Positions 20,657-32,356 of a stretch of 34,501 nt of DNA are shown here, one piece after another. The stretch comes from Craspedostauros australis (Eukaryota). Position numbers and translations under genes: made by a program. The notes under the pieces are model-generated. The model saw only the letters and a program-made list of their open reading frames with translations. It was not told where the DNA came from and did no database searches. Position 1 is the stretch's first letter. Every line of letters begins with the position of its first letter. Location of the stretch: positions 1 to 34,501 of the forward strand of contig JALAGF010005430.1 of NCBI GenBank assembly GCA_030167865.1, read 5' to 3'.

Positions 20657-23600
20657 ATGGCAGACCTCAGTTCGTTGCTCGTCCGAGCATCCCAGGCCGG
20701 TACGTTCACTCTTGAAGCAACACGCACAGTGTCGTCATCATCGTCGTCGTCATCGTCGCTGTTATTCTTGTCATTGCAGTGAGGATGTTGGATGTGATGG
20801 CGTCGCCTTGGCAATGATGCATGCATTTTGGCTGGGTTTGGACGAGTGCTAGTGCATATAACTGCACTCTCCAGCGCAACACAATGCAATTCAATGCAAT
20901 GCGAGTGCACTCACCACCATCTTGCCCCACTCCTGCACCTGGTTCTTTTTTGGAACACCACCTCAACATCCCCACTCTGGATGTGGCGGCGGATGTGAAC
21001 TCGGACATGATCTCACGTTTTTACTCGCCCATCCACCACCTACGCCCACACCATCACCCACACCCATACTGCATTCAAAAATGGGTTCATTGCGCAGACA
21101 AGCAGGCCGAGCAAGCCCTGAAGGAGCATGAGCAGAGAGATTACCCAGGCTTGGCGCAGCAACTTGCAGCCGAGCTCGCCACCGAGGGAAAGCCGCCGAA
21201 TGCCCGAGTTCTCGCCGCCTTGATGCTCAAGAATCACCTTGCCGCCAAGGACGACGCCCTGCAGGATGAAAAGCACAACCGCTGGAAGCAGCTCGACCCG
21301 ACAGTGCGCAACAACGTCAAGCAGGCCCTGCTGATGGCCATGCGAAGTCCGGAGCTGCAGATACCGCATTATGCTGCCGTTGCTGGTGCCGAGGTGGCAT
21401 CCGTCGAACTTCCCTTCAACGAATGGCCTGCCTTCGTCGCCACCCTCCTGGAGAACGTCACGGGAACGCAATTCTCGGAACCAACCAAAGTCGCCACCCT
21501 GGAATGCTTGGGATACACCTGTGAACGAATTGCTGGCCTCGTGGGCGTGCCAGAAATCTCGGAGGAGACCACCAACCAGATGCTCACCACTATCGTGGAC
21601 GGCATCCAGGCCACCAGATCTGACAAGCAGCGCCTGGCCGCGGCGGCTGCCTTGAGGAACTCTCTCGGATTCTGTTCCAGGAACATGGAGCGCAAGGGAG
21701 AGCGCGATGCCATCATGAACACGGTGTGCGAGGCGACCCGATCCCAGCACGCAGGAGTCCGCAGCATGGCCTACGACTGCATCGTCCAGGTGGCCGTCCA
21801 ATACTACGGCCACATCCAGGAGTACATGACGAAGGTTTACGAACTCACAACGGACACCATCAAAAACGACGAGGAGGACGTCGCCAAGGCAGCCATTGAA
21901 TTTTGGTCGTCGTTGTGCGAGACGGAGCAGTACCTCATGGACGAAGCCGCCGACCGCGCCGAGCAGGGACTCGCGCCTGAGCAGGCGAGCATGCGATACG
22001 TCAACGCCGCGCTGCAGCACCTGGTGCCAATCCTCACAGACACCCTCACCAAGCAAGAGGAGGAGCTTGATGATGACACATTCAACCTCCACATGGCGGG
22101 ACACATTTGTTTGACGCTCGTGAGTCAAACCGTCGAAGATGAGATCGTTCCGGTGCTCATGCCATTCGTGGAGCAGAACATCCAGAATGAGAACTGGCGC
22201 CTCCGGGATGCCGCCGTCATGGCGTTCACAAGCATGCTCGATGGACCATCCTCGTCCAGCATCGGCAAGTACGTCTCGTCCTCAATCCCTATGCTCCTGA
22301 CGATGTTCAAGGACCCGAATCTTATCGTCCGCGACACTGCGGTGCACTGCATCGCCCGCATCTGTCTCTTACACGCCCAGAGCGTCCCGCAGGACATGTT
22401 CGATACCCTCATGCAGGCCCTGATCGCCATGTGCGGCGAGGGCCCACCACGCGTCGCCTCCCAGGCATGCACAGCCATCAGCAACCTTTCCACTGCTGTC
22501 GCCGAAGCTACGGGAAGCGACGAACAGACCAACCTCATGTCGCGCTTCATGCAGCAGCTGCTCCAAACTCTCATCCAGGTGTGCGACCGACCAGACGCCG
22601 ATGAATTGAAGCTGCGCGTGACTGCCATGGAGGCCATGTCCGCACTCATCGCCAACTCCGCCGCTGATGTCAAGCCCCTTCTCACCCAGCTCCTCCCAGC
22701 CATGATCGACAGGCTCAACGCCACTTTCGCGATGGAGGCATTGGATGCTTCCGAAATTGAGAAGAAGAGTCAGATTCAAGGCCTCCTCTGCGCCATCATC
22801 CAGGTTCTCTTCCAAAAGATCGACAAGGAGGCTCTCGTTCCACTCACCGACAAGGTCATGGAGAACTTGCTCCGCGTCCTGCAATCCAAGAACGCCAGCT
22901 CCCACGTCGAAGCGTTCGCTGCCGTCTCGGCTGTTGCGGATTGCCTCGAGGCAGACTTTGCGGTACGTTGTGACAAATATCTGGCTTGTGTCAAACCTTG
23001 GTCGTTTCGCACTTCTCTCTGGTGTGACGAAGCAATCGATCTGCTTGGTTCCAATTTGTTCAATGGACCTGTGCAATGAATGGACCTGTGCAATACACCA
23101 CTCCACATTTCTTTGCATCCTCATGTCTTACACCATCTGTTTTCGCTCCATTCCATTCCATTCCGCTCCCTTCGTTGCAATGGCTCGACATGACCGCCAT
23201 TTCTCCTCGTCATCGTACGTTTGGGTCATGCAGCGATACATGTCTGCGCTGAAGCCATTCCTCATCGCCGGGCTCCGCAACTTCCAAGCCTACCAACTCT
23301 GCATCGTCGCTGTCTCCACCGTGGGAGACGTCAGCCGCGCGATCGAGGGACAGATCCAACCGTATTGCGACGAAATCATGCACGCACTCCTTGACTCCCT
23401 GAAAGACACTGCGATTCACAGAAGCGTGAAGCCACCTGTGCTGTCTTGCTTCGGAGATATCGCCTTGGCCATCGGCGGTGCCTACCAGCCCTACCTGCAG
23501 CTCTCCGGGATGCTGCTCATGCAGGCAGCGCAAACATCCGCCCCTGCCGACGACGAGGACTTGGTGGAATACTTCAACCAGCTGCACGAAAGCATACTGG

Positions 23601-23902
23601 AAGCCTACATTGGCATCATCCAGGGACTGAGGGACGGCAACTGTCTCGGACAGTTCGCTCCATTCCTCGGCAACGTCTCTAACTTCCTCAAAAATATCAC
23701 GGAAAGCACCGTTCGCGACGACTTCGTGCTCAACAAGGCAGTCGGCCTTCTTGGCGACATCGCCCAGCTCTTCGGTCCCGAGGTGAAGCAGTCGCTGAAG
23801 CAGCAGCCGTTCGTGCAGCCCATGCTGCAAGCTGCGATTACATCCGGCGATCCATCTCTGGCCGAAACCGCCAACTGGGCGAAGGGGATTATCGATGCGT
23901 AG
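20657..23902 (+). CDS. KPNB1: Importin subunit beta-1, 858 aa; exons 20657-20699, 21098-22962, 23234-23902
   Basis: IBN_N (AEQALKE...ARVLAALMLKNHL), ATLECLGYTCE, AIEFWSSLCETE, LTKQEEELDDD, NWRLRDAAVMAF, HRSVKPPVLSCFGDIALAIG, ESILEAYIGIIQG. GT-AG introns 20700-21097 and 22963-23233 give one continuous frame. Confidence 0.96.
23062..23094 (+). repeat. 17-bp tandem duplication (AATGGACCTGTGCAATG) in KPNB1 intron 2
   Basis: Read directly. Confidence 0.85.
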
Positions 23903-25404
23903 AGCGTACTATTCGATGCCATGGCGCGACGGCGGGACGAAGCATCATGCTCCAAAGTCGAACAAGGCATCTATCAGCTTCAATGGGGGCAAACCAACTG
24001 AGGAGCATTATCCTCCAGCTCGTGCACCGGGCACAGTCGAACACCGACAGGATGATCATGATAGCAATATTGAACAACGACAACAACCACAATCACAAAT
24101 ATCACGGCGTTGCACAAGGTCTCCGCGGAGTCAAGCTTCGCAAACAAGGTGGATGCTAAATTCACCTCGATGCATGCAGCTTGACTCGGTGGACACCACA
24201 GCAACCCAATCCCAATCCTATTGGCATGATGCGGCGTGAGAGGCAGGATTGCAACGCTACTTGCTGCATTCCTCTCGTCTGTGCGACCGCACGTGCCTCC
24301 AGCAAAGACCACGGCACACATCCTGCAAGCGACCTGTCGCCGCTGCTGCGGGTGCACTTGACTACATCCGCAAACGTTGCTTGTGACAGAAATATCAGAC
24401 AACTGTGGCAGGGTTGCTCGTACCCCCATTTCCATTCCACACGGTCCGGTACGGTACACTACCATGCTGAAGTATGATAGCTGGTTGCGCGGGAACGTGG
24501 TCCACGCTGGTGCATCAACTCGGTCAATGGCAGCAGAGTAGACGCGAGGCGATCCAAACAATCGCAAAATGAGATCACCTTGCACGCACACTGCACGAAG
24601 CAACGAGGGATGCCAACAACAGCAAAGCAAACCAGGGACAAACCCACTAAGCACCATAGATAGAACAATGAGATCTTGACAACACTACGCCGTAAAGGCA
24701 GTGATTGCATAATGTAATTCTGTCGCTTCGATGCATGGTCCTCATGTGCTATTTGTTGGCACGATGGCACCAAGGTGTACTCCACCTGTGAAGTATTGTT
24801 CTCTTCGCCGATAGGTTGTCCTCGTTCGGTGATGCAACATGATGAAATGAGCTGCAAACGTGCCAACATACAGACAGACAGACGAATTGAATGTTAGTTA
24901 ATGGAGTCACGACCTCGCCTCTTCAACACAGATTGCATCGACTCATTGGAATGAAACCCACAAGTTCGATGGACAGAGGAAGAACATGCCCATCAGCCCA
25001 ACGCCAACAGAGAAGGCATTGGCCTTCTCGACGCGATGCTCTCCGAACCATCACCACACACCGCCAAACACGCGGCTATCCTGGGCAAAACTTGCAACGT
25101 GCTGCGGACCACGCAAAACCGTTTCTCCTGATCTCTCTCTCTCTCGCCTCTTTGACATCATCGCCCTTCGCTGAGCCACAAAATTTGCGAACAGAGAGGC
25201 TTGATTGCACTTTGGGAGGAGACTTCGAGGGACGACGAACACACCGCGCGCTGCACCATCCGATACTACTCGACCCGCATTGGCAGAGCAGGAACAGCGC
25301 TGCCGTTGCTCTATACCGATTGTACAAGGAGCTCCATACCATCGCATCCCATCGACACACAAACACAAGCACAGTAGCGACATAACCAGGACAATCAGCA
25401 CACC

Positions 25405-26293
25405 ATGCAATCCGCATCCCATCACATCCTTCGTGCAAGCCGGCGATTGGCGCACCTGCGCACATCCGCACAGCACCGCTGCTTCGCCGCACTCCTCGGA
25501 AGCACCGATCGGCCCGCGACGAAGACTTCGGTGACCCAATTTTCCAGCAGTACCACCGTCAAGCAGGCACCCGTTCCCAAGCTGGACACCGCCTGCGCAG
25601 GCGATTTCGTCAAAGAAGCCATCAAGAAGATGATAATTGATCGGGACGATGAGGAGCACAAATCTCTCATCGGTGCCAAGACCATCGACAAGCGCCTCGA
25701 TTCATTTGCGGTGAGTTGTTCGATCGTTCCTCCCCCTCTTGTTGAAGATGTAATAGATGGCATCATTCGTGTGTGCATGCATTCAACGTCGGGGATGGCG
25801 AGCCTTCGGGTTGCACAAACCTCCATGCCACAATTTCGCTCCCCGTGGCAGGGCAACTGATGCCTCCCAGCGTAGCTCTGTCTAGAGCTTCCGTACCTAC
25901 GTACGAGCGGTCCCTGATTCTTCGCTGATGTGATTGTTTTCTCACTCCTTCTTCCATTCACTCTTTCGTCCCCCTACCTCCTTCTTTATGCTTCTTCCCG
26001 CTCATCATCCATGGCAGAGATGGTACAGCGAAGCACGTTCGTGCATATCCGACTGTCAGGAAGCGCAGCAGAGCCAAGACTATCTCGAAGAGGTGAAGGT
26101 GGCGGAGGCGGCCGTAGAAAAGACCTACGCCTCCTTCCTGGACCTCATTGAAGATCTGCAGCATGTCAGCGCTGACCTCGCCAACCAGTACAACGATGCA
26201 CGGTTGGAGAATGTCGCGAAGCTGCGGCAGCTGCGAGAAGAATTGGATGCGTTGCAAGGAACTGCCGATCGCAGCTTGCCGCCTCAACTCTGA
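25405..26293 (+). CDS. Small presequence-bearing helical protein, similar to the uncharacterised 'embryogenesis-like protein' family (At1g71730-type), 193 aa; exons 25405-25710 and 26018-26293
   Basis: Arg/Ser/Ala-rich N-terminus ending HRCFA. The intron 25711-26017 (GTGAGT...GGCAG) joins LDSFA|RWYSEARSCISDC. Pattern EAR..I.D..E..Y.EE...A..AV......F..L...KL.QL.EEL recalled from that family. Confidence 0.65.
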
Positions 26294-27290
26294 CAGGCTC
26301 AGAAAGCAGGCTTTCAACAGCGCAGCGGCGGCGGCAACCACAACAACCTTCGATGTTTCATTCCAATTCTCGTACTCTAAGCTACTCTGCTCAACTCTAC
26401 TCGACAATGCCCTGCTCGTACGCATGCAGGGTTGCTGCGCGTTGGCCGTTCCAACAACCTTGCCCGAGGGCTGAAACGCGGCAATCAATATCTTTCATGA
26501 ATTGCATGGCGCTATCATGCTCGTGCACCCACCTTCCATCCATTCACCCATCCCTGCATACATGCATCCATCTTCTGTCAAATAACTGCATCAAACATCC
26601 ATGCGCTAACCAACCAAAGGACCGACACTTGCAGAACGGTTAAATACTTCTTCGCGAGCATCGGCAACATTGAAGGCGTTGATACCATGCTTGTACAACC
26701 CAAAGCACAATCAATGCGATGGGCCGCTTTCATTACTCTAAAGAACTCTATTCGTCTCCACGCCCTTTCAATTACTGCACACTCTAGCAAATCTGTTGCC
26801 ATTCGTCATCAAACCACATATCGCACAGCACAAGAAGCCACATGGTCAGCATCATAGTGGCATGATGTTCTTTGGAGCACCGCTTCCTTTCAATCATGTC
26901 TTCAAGACGCCAATTCTTGGAGGCATCTACCACGCTCCTGCTCCGCCGAACAACGGCAGAGGCCCGATGCTGCATTTTCTGCTCTAGAGACATCATCCTC
27001 GCAAGTACGAATACTGTGGAGTAAACTAAACTCTGCCTTGTCCCGTGTCCGTGCCCGTCTCCGGATCAACTACAGTAGCTCGTACAAGTACAGCGCAAAC
27101 CGAGGAGTATTGGTACAGATGATGATAACTATTTTATCTGGATGCGCTTCAGTGCTTCTTTGTTCATGTCGTTTGGTGTTGTGTTGTTTGTTGCTCGGCT
27201 TTGCGTTGATGGTGCATAGGTACAGAGCGTCATGGAAGACAATCGATGTTGTCATTGCTCCTGCTCCTTCTTTTGCCACAAACAGTCAAC

Positions 27291-30200
27291 TCACGAAGCA
27301 ACTGGGAACTGGCTGTTGAACGAGAATGGGTCGTTGACAGGTCGGAAGTTTCCTGGCACAGTTGCGCCCCTCACCTCTGGTTCCGCATTCTCCATCAGTG
27401 GCGCCAAGGGCGTAGACAGAGATGCTTGCCTCGGTGGCGCGAAGGTGGCGTTCTGCCCACCCGCGTTGTTGGTATCGGATTGGCCCGAGCCGCCTTCACC
27501 ACGGAGATCTTCCTGCGACAGATTCTTCATCATGTCTGTCATGTCAGACTTGGTCTTCTTGCGAGCTCGGCGGCCACGTCCACCGCGCTTGTTCGCCACC
27601 TCCACGAGCTTCTGCTGCTGCGTCCTATTCTCTTGGAGCAGCGAGCTCACGGCCTCGGACGACACCTGCTTGTTCTGCCCGCGCCGCATCACCAGACCAG
27701 CGGGTATCAGGTTCTTCGTACCGCTGGCCTCCTTCTGGGCGATCAGCACTTCTCTTGCGTGCCTTGCCTGCTGCTCCTCGAAGCGTTTCGAGGCATCCAG
27801 CACGGCCATGCGCATCTGGCGGTGAGCGCGGTAGAGCTGCCTATTCACTTGGAGTGCGCTCTTGCTGTTGTCCGCGTCGATTGGGATTCCGCGTTCGTGC
27901 TCGACCAAAAGTACTGCACGCCTCGAGTCGCGTGAATCAGCGTTGCACATCCTCGGCGATTCGAACTCCTCCTTGGTCTCCTTCACGTTGTCGTTGTCGT
28001 CGTCGTCCATGGATCTCGATCGTTTCTTCACGTACACTGGATCGGACAGCGAGGTGGCAGGCGAGGTGGAAAGCTCGGGCATGCTCAGCTCACCGTTGTC
28101 GGAAAGCATCATGCGATCAGTCTTGTTGGAGAGTGGTGAAACGTAATCCGCTGCACTGCGCCGGGGTGTCGTCGGCGGAGTGAAACGATTCTCCACGCGG
28201 AAGACAGATTGTGTCGTCTTAGCGGTCTGCTGTCCATTGATTCCACCACCTTCACCACCCAAATCGTCGTAGATGGATGATGTTGGCGTTGGTACCTCGA
28301 TTATGTCGCTCTCCTCTCCGTCGTCATTTTCCTCGGCACATTCTTCCTCGGCCATCGAGATGATTGGCTCGAGCGGGACGCCAGAACGAGGAGGGATGGG
28401 GATCTCGCCATCCTTGGTTTCTCCAGTTGTGACATCTGTGGAAGCAAGATCAGCGGATGCCATGAGCAAGCGTTTGGAACTGCTCAGTCGTTGCAGGACT
28501 GTCTCTTTCTCGGCATCCACGCATTCTCTGGTCTGGCCTTTCATCAGCAGGAGGAAGTCTTCGTACGTGATGATGCTGCTGACGCAGTTCACAGCTCGAA
28601 TGCTATCGCCCCACATCTCGCGCATCATCTCTTCGCTGTGCAACGAGTCGCTGCCAAGCAAGTCCATGATGTCCTCGATTGTCACGTACTGCGAAATGTG
28701 TGGTACGGATTCAATTGCAGGGAAATGATTGAGGGATGAGGATTGTGCAAGAGGGGTGTTAGGGGGCGAACTCTAGAGAGACACGTAGAAGAAGTAGTAG
28801 AGGCACAGACGGTTGCACCGCTTCGCTTCTGCATCCCAGTACATTCGTCCTTGTCAATGCAAAACAGCGTCGTGTTCTCTCCATTCAACGCATTATAGAA
28901 CAAGCACAGTCGCAGAACACCGCAACATAACTCACCCCTTTATGGTCGCTATCCAATCGATCGAACGCCAAACGCAGGTTGCGATCGTCCACACGACATT
29001 GGCTCAGACCTGCGGCCACGAATTCGTGCCAATGGATGCGCGTCTCCGACTTGTTGACTCGCATCGCGTTGAAGATGTCCTCCACCTCCGATTCCGTGAG
29101 GGCCCCCAGCGATCCTGCGCCAGCATTGTCCAGCAGGATCTGCTTTAGCGCAGTGAGCGAAATCTCACCGGATCCATCGGTATCCATCTTCTCAAACTCC
29201 CTTCTCAGATCTTTGATCTGCTCTGGCAGAAGGGTGAAACTGAGGACTTCGGAGAGGAGTTTTCTCATGTCGGAGAACTCCTTGAATGCCACGAGGGCCT
29301 TCACGACACCAGGATTGAGGATGTTGTCACCCTCCGTCTTGCTGCGATTGGCCCATTCCACCAGCCACGGATGCTTCTGCGCGCCGCGGGCTGTTGGGCG
29401 TTGCTGAGGATCGATGACCAACATGGATCGGATGAACTCCCTGGCGCGTTCGCTGACGAGGGACCAGATATCTTGCGGTTCGAATTCGAATGCACCGCGC
29501 AGGATGTTGGAACGCACAGTCACGAGCGGTTCCGGTCCACCGCATCCTCCGAACGGAGAATCGCCGCTGAGCAACAGGAATGCGATAACGCCGATGGCCC
29601 AAATATCGCAGCGTTCATCGTATTGTCCACGGATGACTTCGGGAGCGACCGTGTAGGGTGTGCCCACGGCCTCGTGCTGCATCTCTCCGTACTGGAAATG
29701 CTTGCTCAGCCCAAAGTCGATCATCTTGAGTTCCGAGTCCGTGGCCGTGGAGGAGAAGAGGAAGTTCTCGAGCTTGAGATCGCGGTGGATGATGCCCTTG
29801 GAGTGCAGATAACGCACGGCGCACAGCATCTGCTTGATCAATCGTGCGCATTCTGCCTCAGTGTAGTGGTAATCCGGTTGCTCGTCGAGCCTGTCGAAGA
29901 GTTCGCCACCCAGACAGAGCTCTTGCACGAGGTATATTTCGGAATGACTCTCATATACCTCTTCTAACCGGACGATGTTGGGATGGTCGAGCTGGCACAT
30001 GATGAAGATCTCTTCGCGCAGCTGCTGCAGACCCTCCTTGGAGCCGATCAAGCCAAGGTCGAGACACTTGACTGCGTACTCGACGCCCGTGGCCTTGTGC
30101 ACCACCAAGCGCACGATGCCGGAGATACCCGATCCGAGCACCGGTCCTGTGTGTACACCGTCGTAGACCTCTTCGATGGGTTTGCCAAACGGCACCTCCA

Positions 30201-30567
30201 TGTGAACGACGTTGGTAAGGAGATTGGATTCTCTGCGGTTCTCAATCATGGAATCCAACCCCACGACGCTGGAGGAATGACCGAGGGTTTTTGGATTGCG
30301 ACGATCGCTGCGGGAGCTGCTGGAACTCACAGACCCTGCGTCTCCGCTGGGTGTGCCAGCGCCGTTGGTCGATGACATGTCCACGGTACTTCCGCCAGAT
30401 GCTTGACTCTGAATGGTGGCCTCCTTGCCGTTGCTATGTGCCGAATCGAAAGACTTGAGGGAAACTTGCGAATGCGTGGACGATTCCAAAGGACCAGTGG
30501 CATCGTTCAATGGGGCGTTGTTGATGGCAGTGGATGCTTCTGGGGTGTTGGAGCTGGCGGGTGGCAT
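27291..30567 (-). CDS. Calcium-dependent protein kinase (CDPK)-like, ~1009 aa, with long C-terminal extension; exons 30567-28936 and 28688-27291
   Basis: LGSGISGIV, YAVK, HPNIVRL, GGELFD, HRDLKLEN, DFG, GTPYTVAPE, DIWAIGV; junction FKEFSDMRKLL; EF-hands DTDGSGEISL and DSDHKG|YVTIED, the latter spanning intron 28935-28689 (GTGAGT...CGCAG). Confidence 0.9.
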
Positions 30568-30823
30568 CTTGGTGATTGGTTTGTTGCTGTCACTGCTGTC
30601 GCTGCTGTTGGCATTGATCTTTGTATTGGCAGTAGCACCGTTGTTGTTGGCAGTGCTGCGGGCTGCTGGTACAGATGTTGTTGATGTAAATGTAAATGTT
30701 GATGTTTGATGTGTGTCAGAATTGGAGGAGAGTGATGGGAATGAAGTGTGTCGGAGAGCGATATGATCACCCAAAGTAGAAAGCCATCGAGATGGAAGCC
30801 GAAACAAAGCCGATGTTGGGAAT

Positions 30824-30880
30824 CAATCAATCCGATGATTGATTATTGATGGATTGATTGATCGAATGATTTGTTTGTTT
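30824..30880 (+). repeat. Degenerate (GATT)n/(TTTG)n tetramer tract upstream of the kinase
   Basis: Read directly. Confidence 0.7.
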
Positions 30881-32356
30881 GTCGATGGAGTATGGTGCCA
30901 GAGCACGCGATGGGTTGATGAAAAGATCGATGATGCGAAGTTGTGTGTATGGATCATGTGCGATGTTCGCCAACGAAATGGTATGAGAAGGAAGGGAACA
31001 GACGCAATGCGGAGATGAATAGTCGTAGTGGGGAGAGACCAACAGACAGACAGCCCAGACAGAATGCAAGAGTGGAGAGGCGATGTGAGAAGCACGGCTT
31101 CCATTTCATCTCAATTTGAACCACGGGAAAGATCAGCATGCGTGTGTGCATGGGATACAGAGCCAGCTGTCACAGCTGTTGACGGGAGCGTTTCCGGAGC
31201 CTGAGGAGGCCAATCCCAAGCAACGAGAGAGGAAATCATCGCGCCTTCGCAACATTCTGCTTTGTTCGCACTCGCGCCATCCGCAGCTGCGATGCGGTGC
31301 GACGTGGCGCGAAATAAAGAGGGAAGACAGAACATCACGGAACCAAATCCGTGAAGTCATCAACCTCCAACGCGAAGCGCAAAGCTTCTCTGTTGTCACA
31401 GCCGATGCCTGCCAAAGCGAACATCGCCCATCATCATCGGCTCTCTGTGACATTGTTGCGTTTCATGTGTGCACTCGTGTGTGATTCGTGCCCGCCGAGC
31501 AGCGGCACGTGAACGGAATGTCAATGTTCGCCCCTCTGCTGCTCATCAGATCAGGTCCGCCATGGTCATTCACTTCCGTTCGACCTCTCTTGGAGGCGTT
31601 GGTATTGGTGGCACCGACCTCAACGATCGCGGGCGGCGCTGCTCTTGTCGTTGCCGAGAGATGGGCCGTGCGTTGGTCTCTTTGCTTGATTGACAGATGT
31701 GTTCACCACGGCTCCGCCCGCACACAACCATCAGCGCATACCATGGGTCGCGCCCAAACACACAAACATGGATGCCAATTCTTGTCCCCATTCCTTCTTC
31801 TCCCTTGGAGTACAAGAATGAATAATTTTCTGAATACGGAAATTGCATTCTGGAATACAGAATTTGACGTACGTTCGGCATTTTTTATCGGTGCCGGCAT
31901 GGTGGCAACCGCCGCCTCATCATGGCTTTGGCAAGAACCCATCTGGTGGCTTGCTTCTCGATGACTTCGGCTGTATTCTCAGAGTACCAGTACTGCTGTT
32001 CATAAAAGGCAGTCTGTAGCTTTTGTGGAGGCTCTCGGTCTCAAGAGGCAGAAGAAGAAGAGTGAGTGACCGATGCCCTCTTCCTGTTTTTTCTCTCTTG
32101 TGGTTGTCGTGCCTCCTCTCTCACACTCTCTCCTTTCTTTGGGTGATTGATTGGTGGGTTTCCGTATTGGAGAGAAATTGCACGCAGTTGTGTGTCTGTT
32201 CGCCTTGTCGTGTTGAATTTGCGCCTCGTGTTCTTGATCGTTGAACTCTGTTTGTGTGTCTGAGTCCTCGTGTGTGTGTGTGCACGTCTTTTGAATCTTG
32301 CGTGCCTCCACACTGCGCCCACAAATTGTGGGTGGTCGTGTTTTGTTGGGCACAAG

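Noticed and set aside
20821..21097. N-terminal 92 aa of ORF 20821..23079
   Set aside because: Lies in KPNB1 intron 1; the real exon 1 is 20657-20699.
23950..25400. Short ORFs downstream of KPNB1 (similar ones at 26300-27290 and 30850-32350)
   Set aside because: No supportable coding signal; treated as UTR or intergenic.
30568..30807. 80-aa upstream extension of the kinase ORF
   Set aside because: Non-ATG start and low complexity; treated as 5' UTR, although an upstream exon cannot be excluded.
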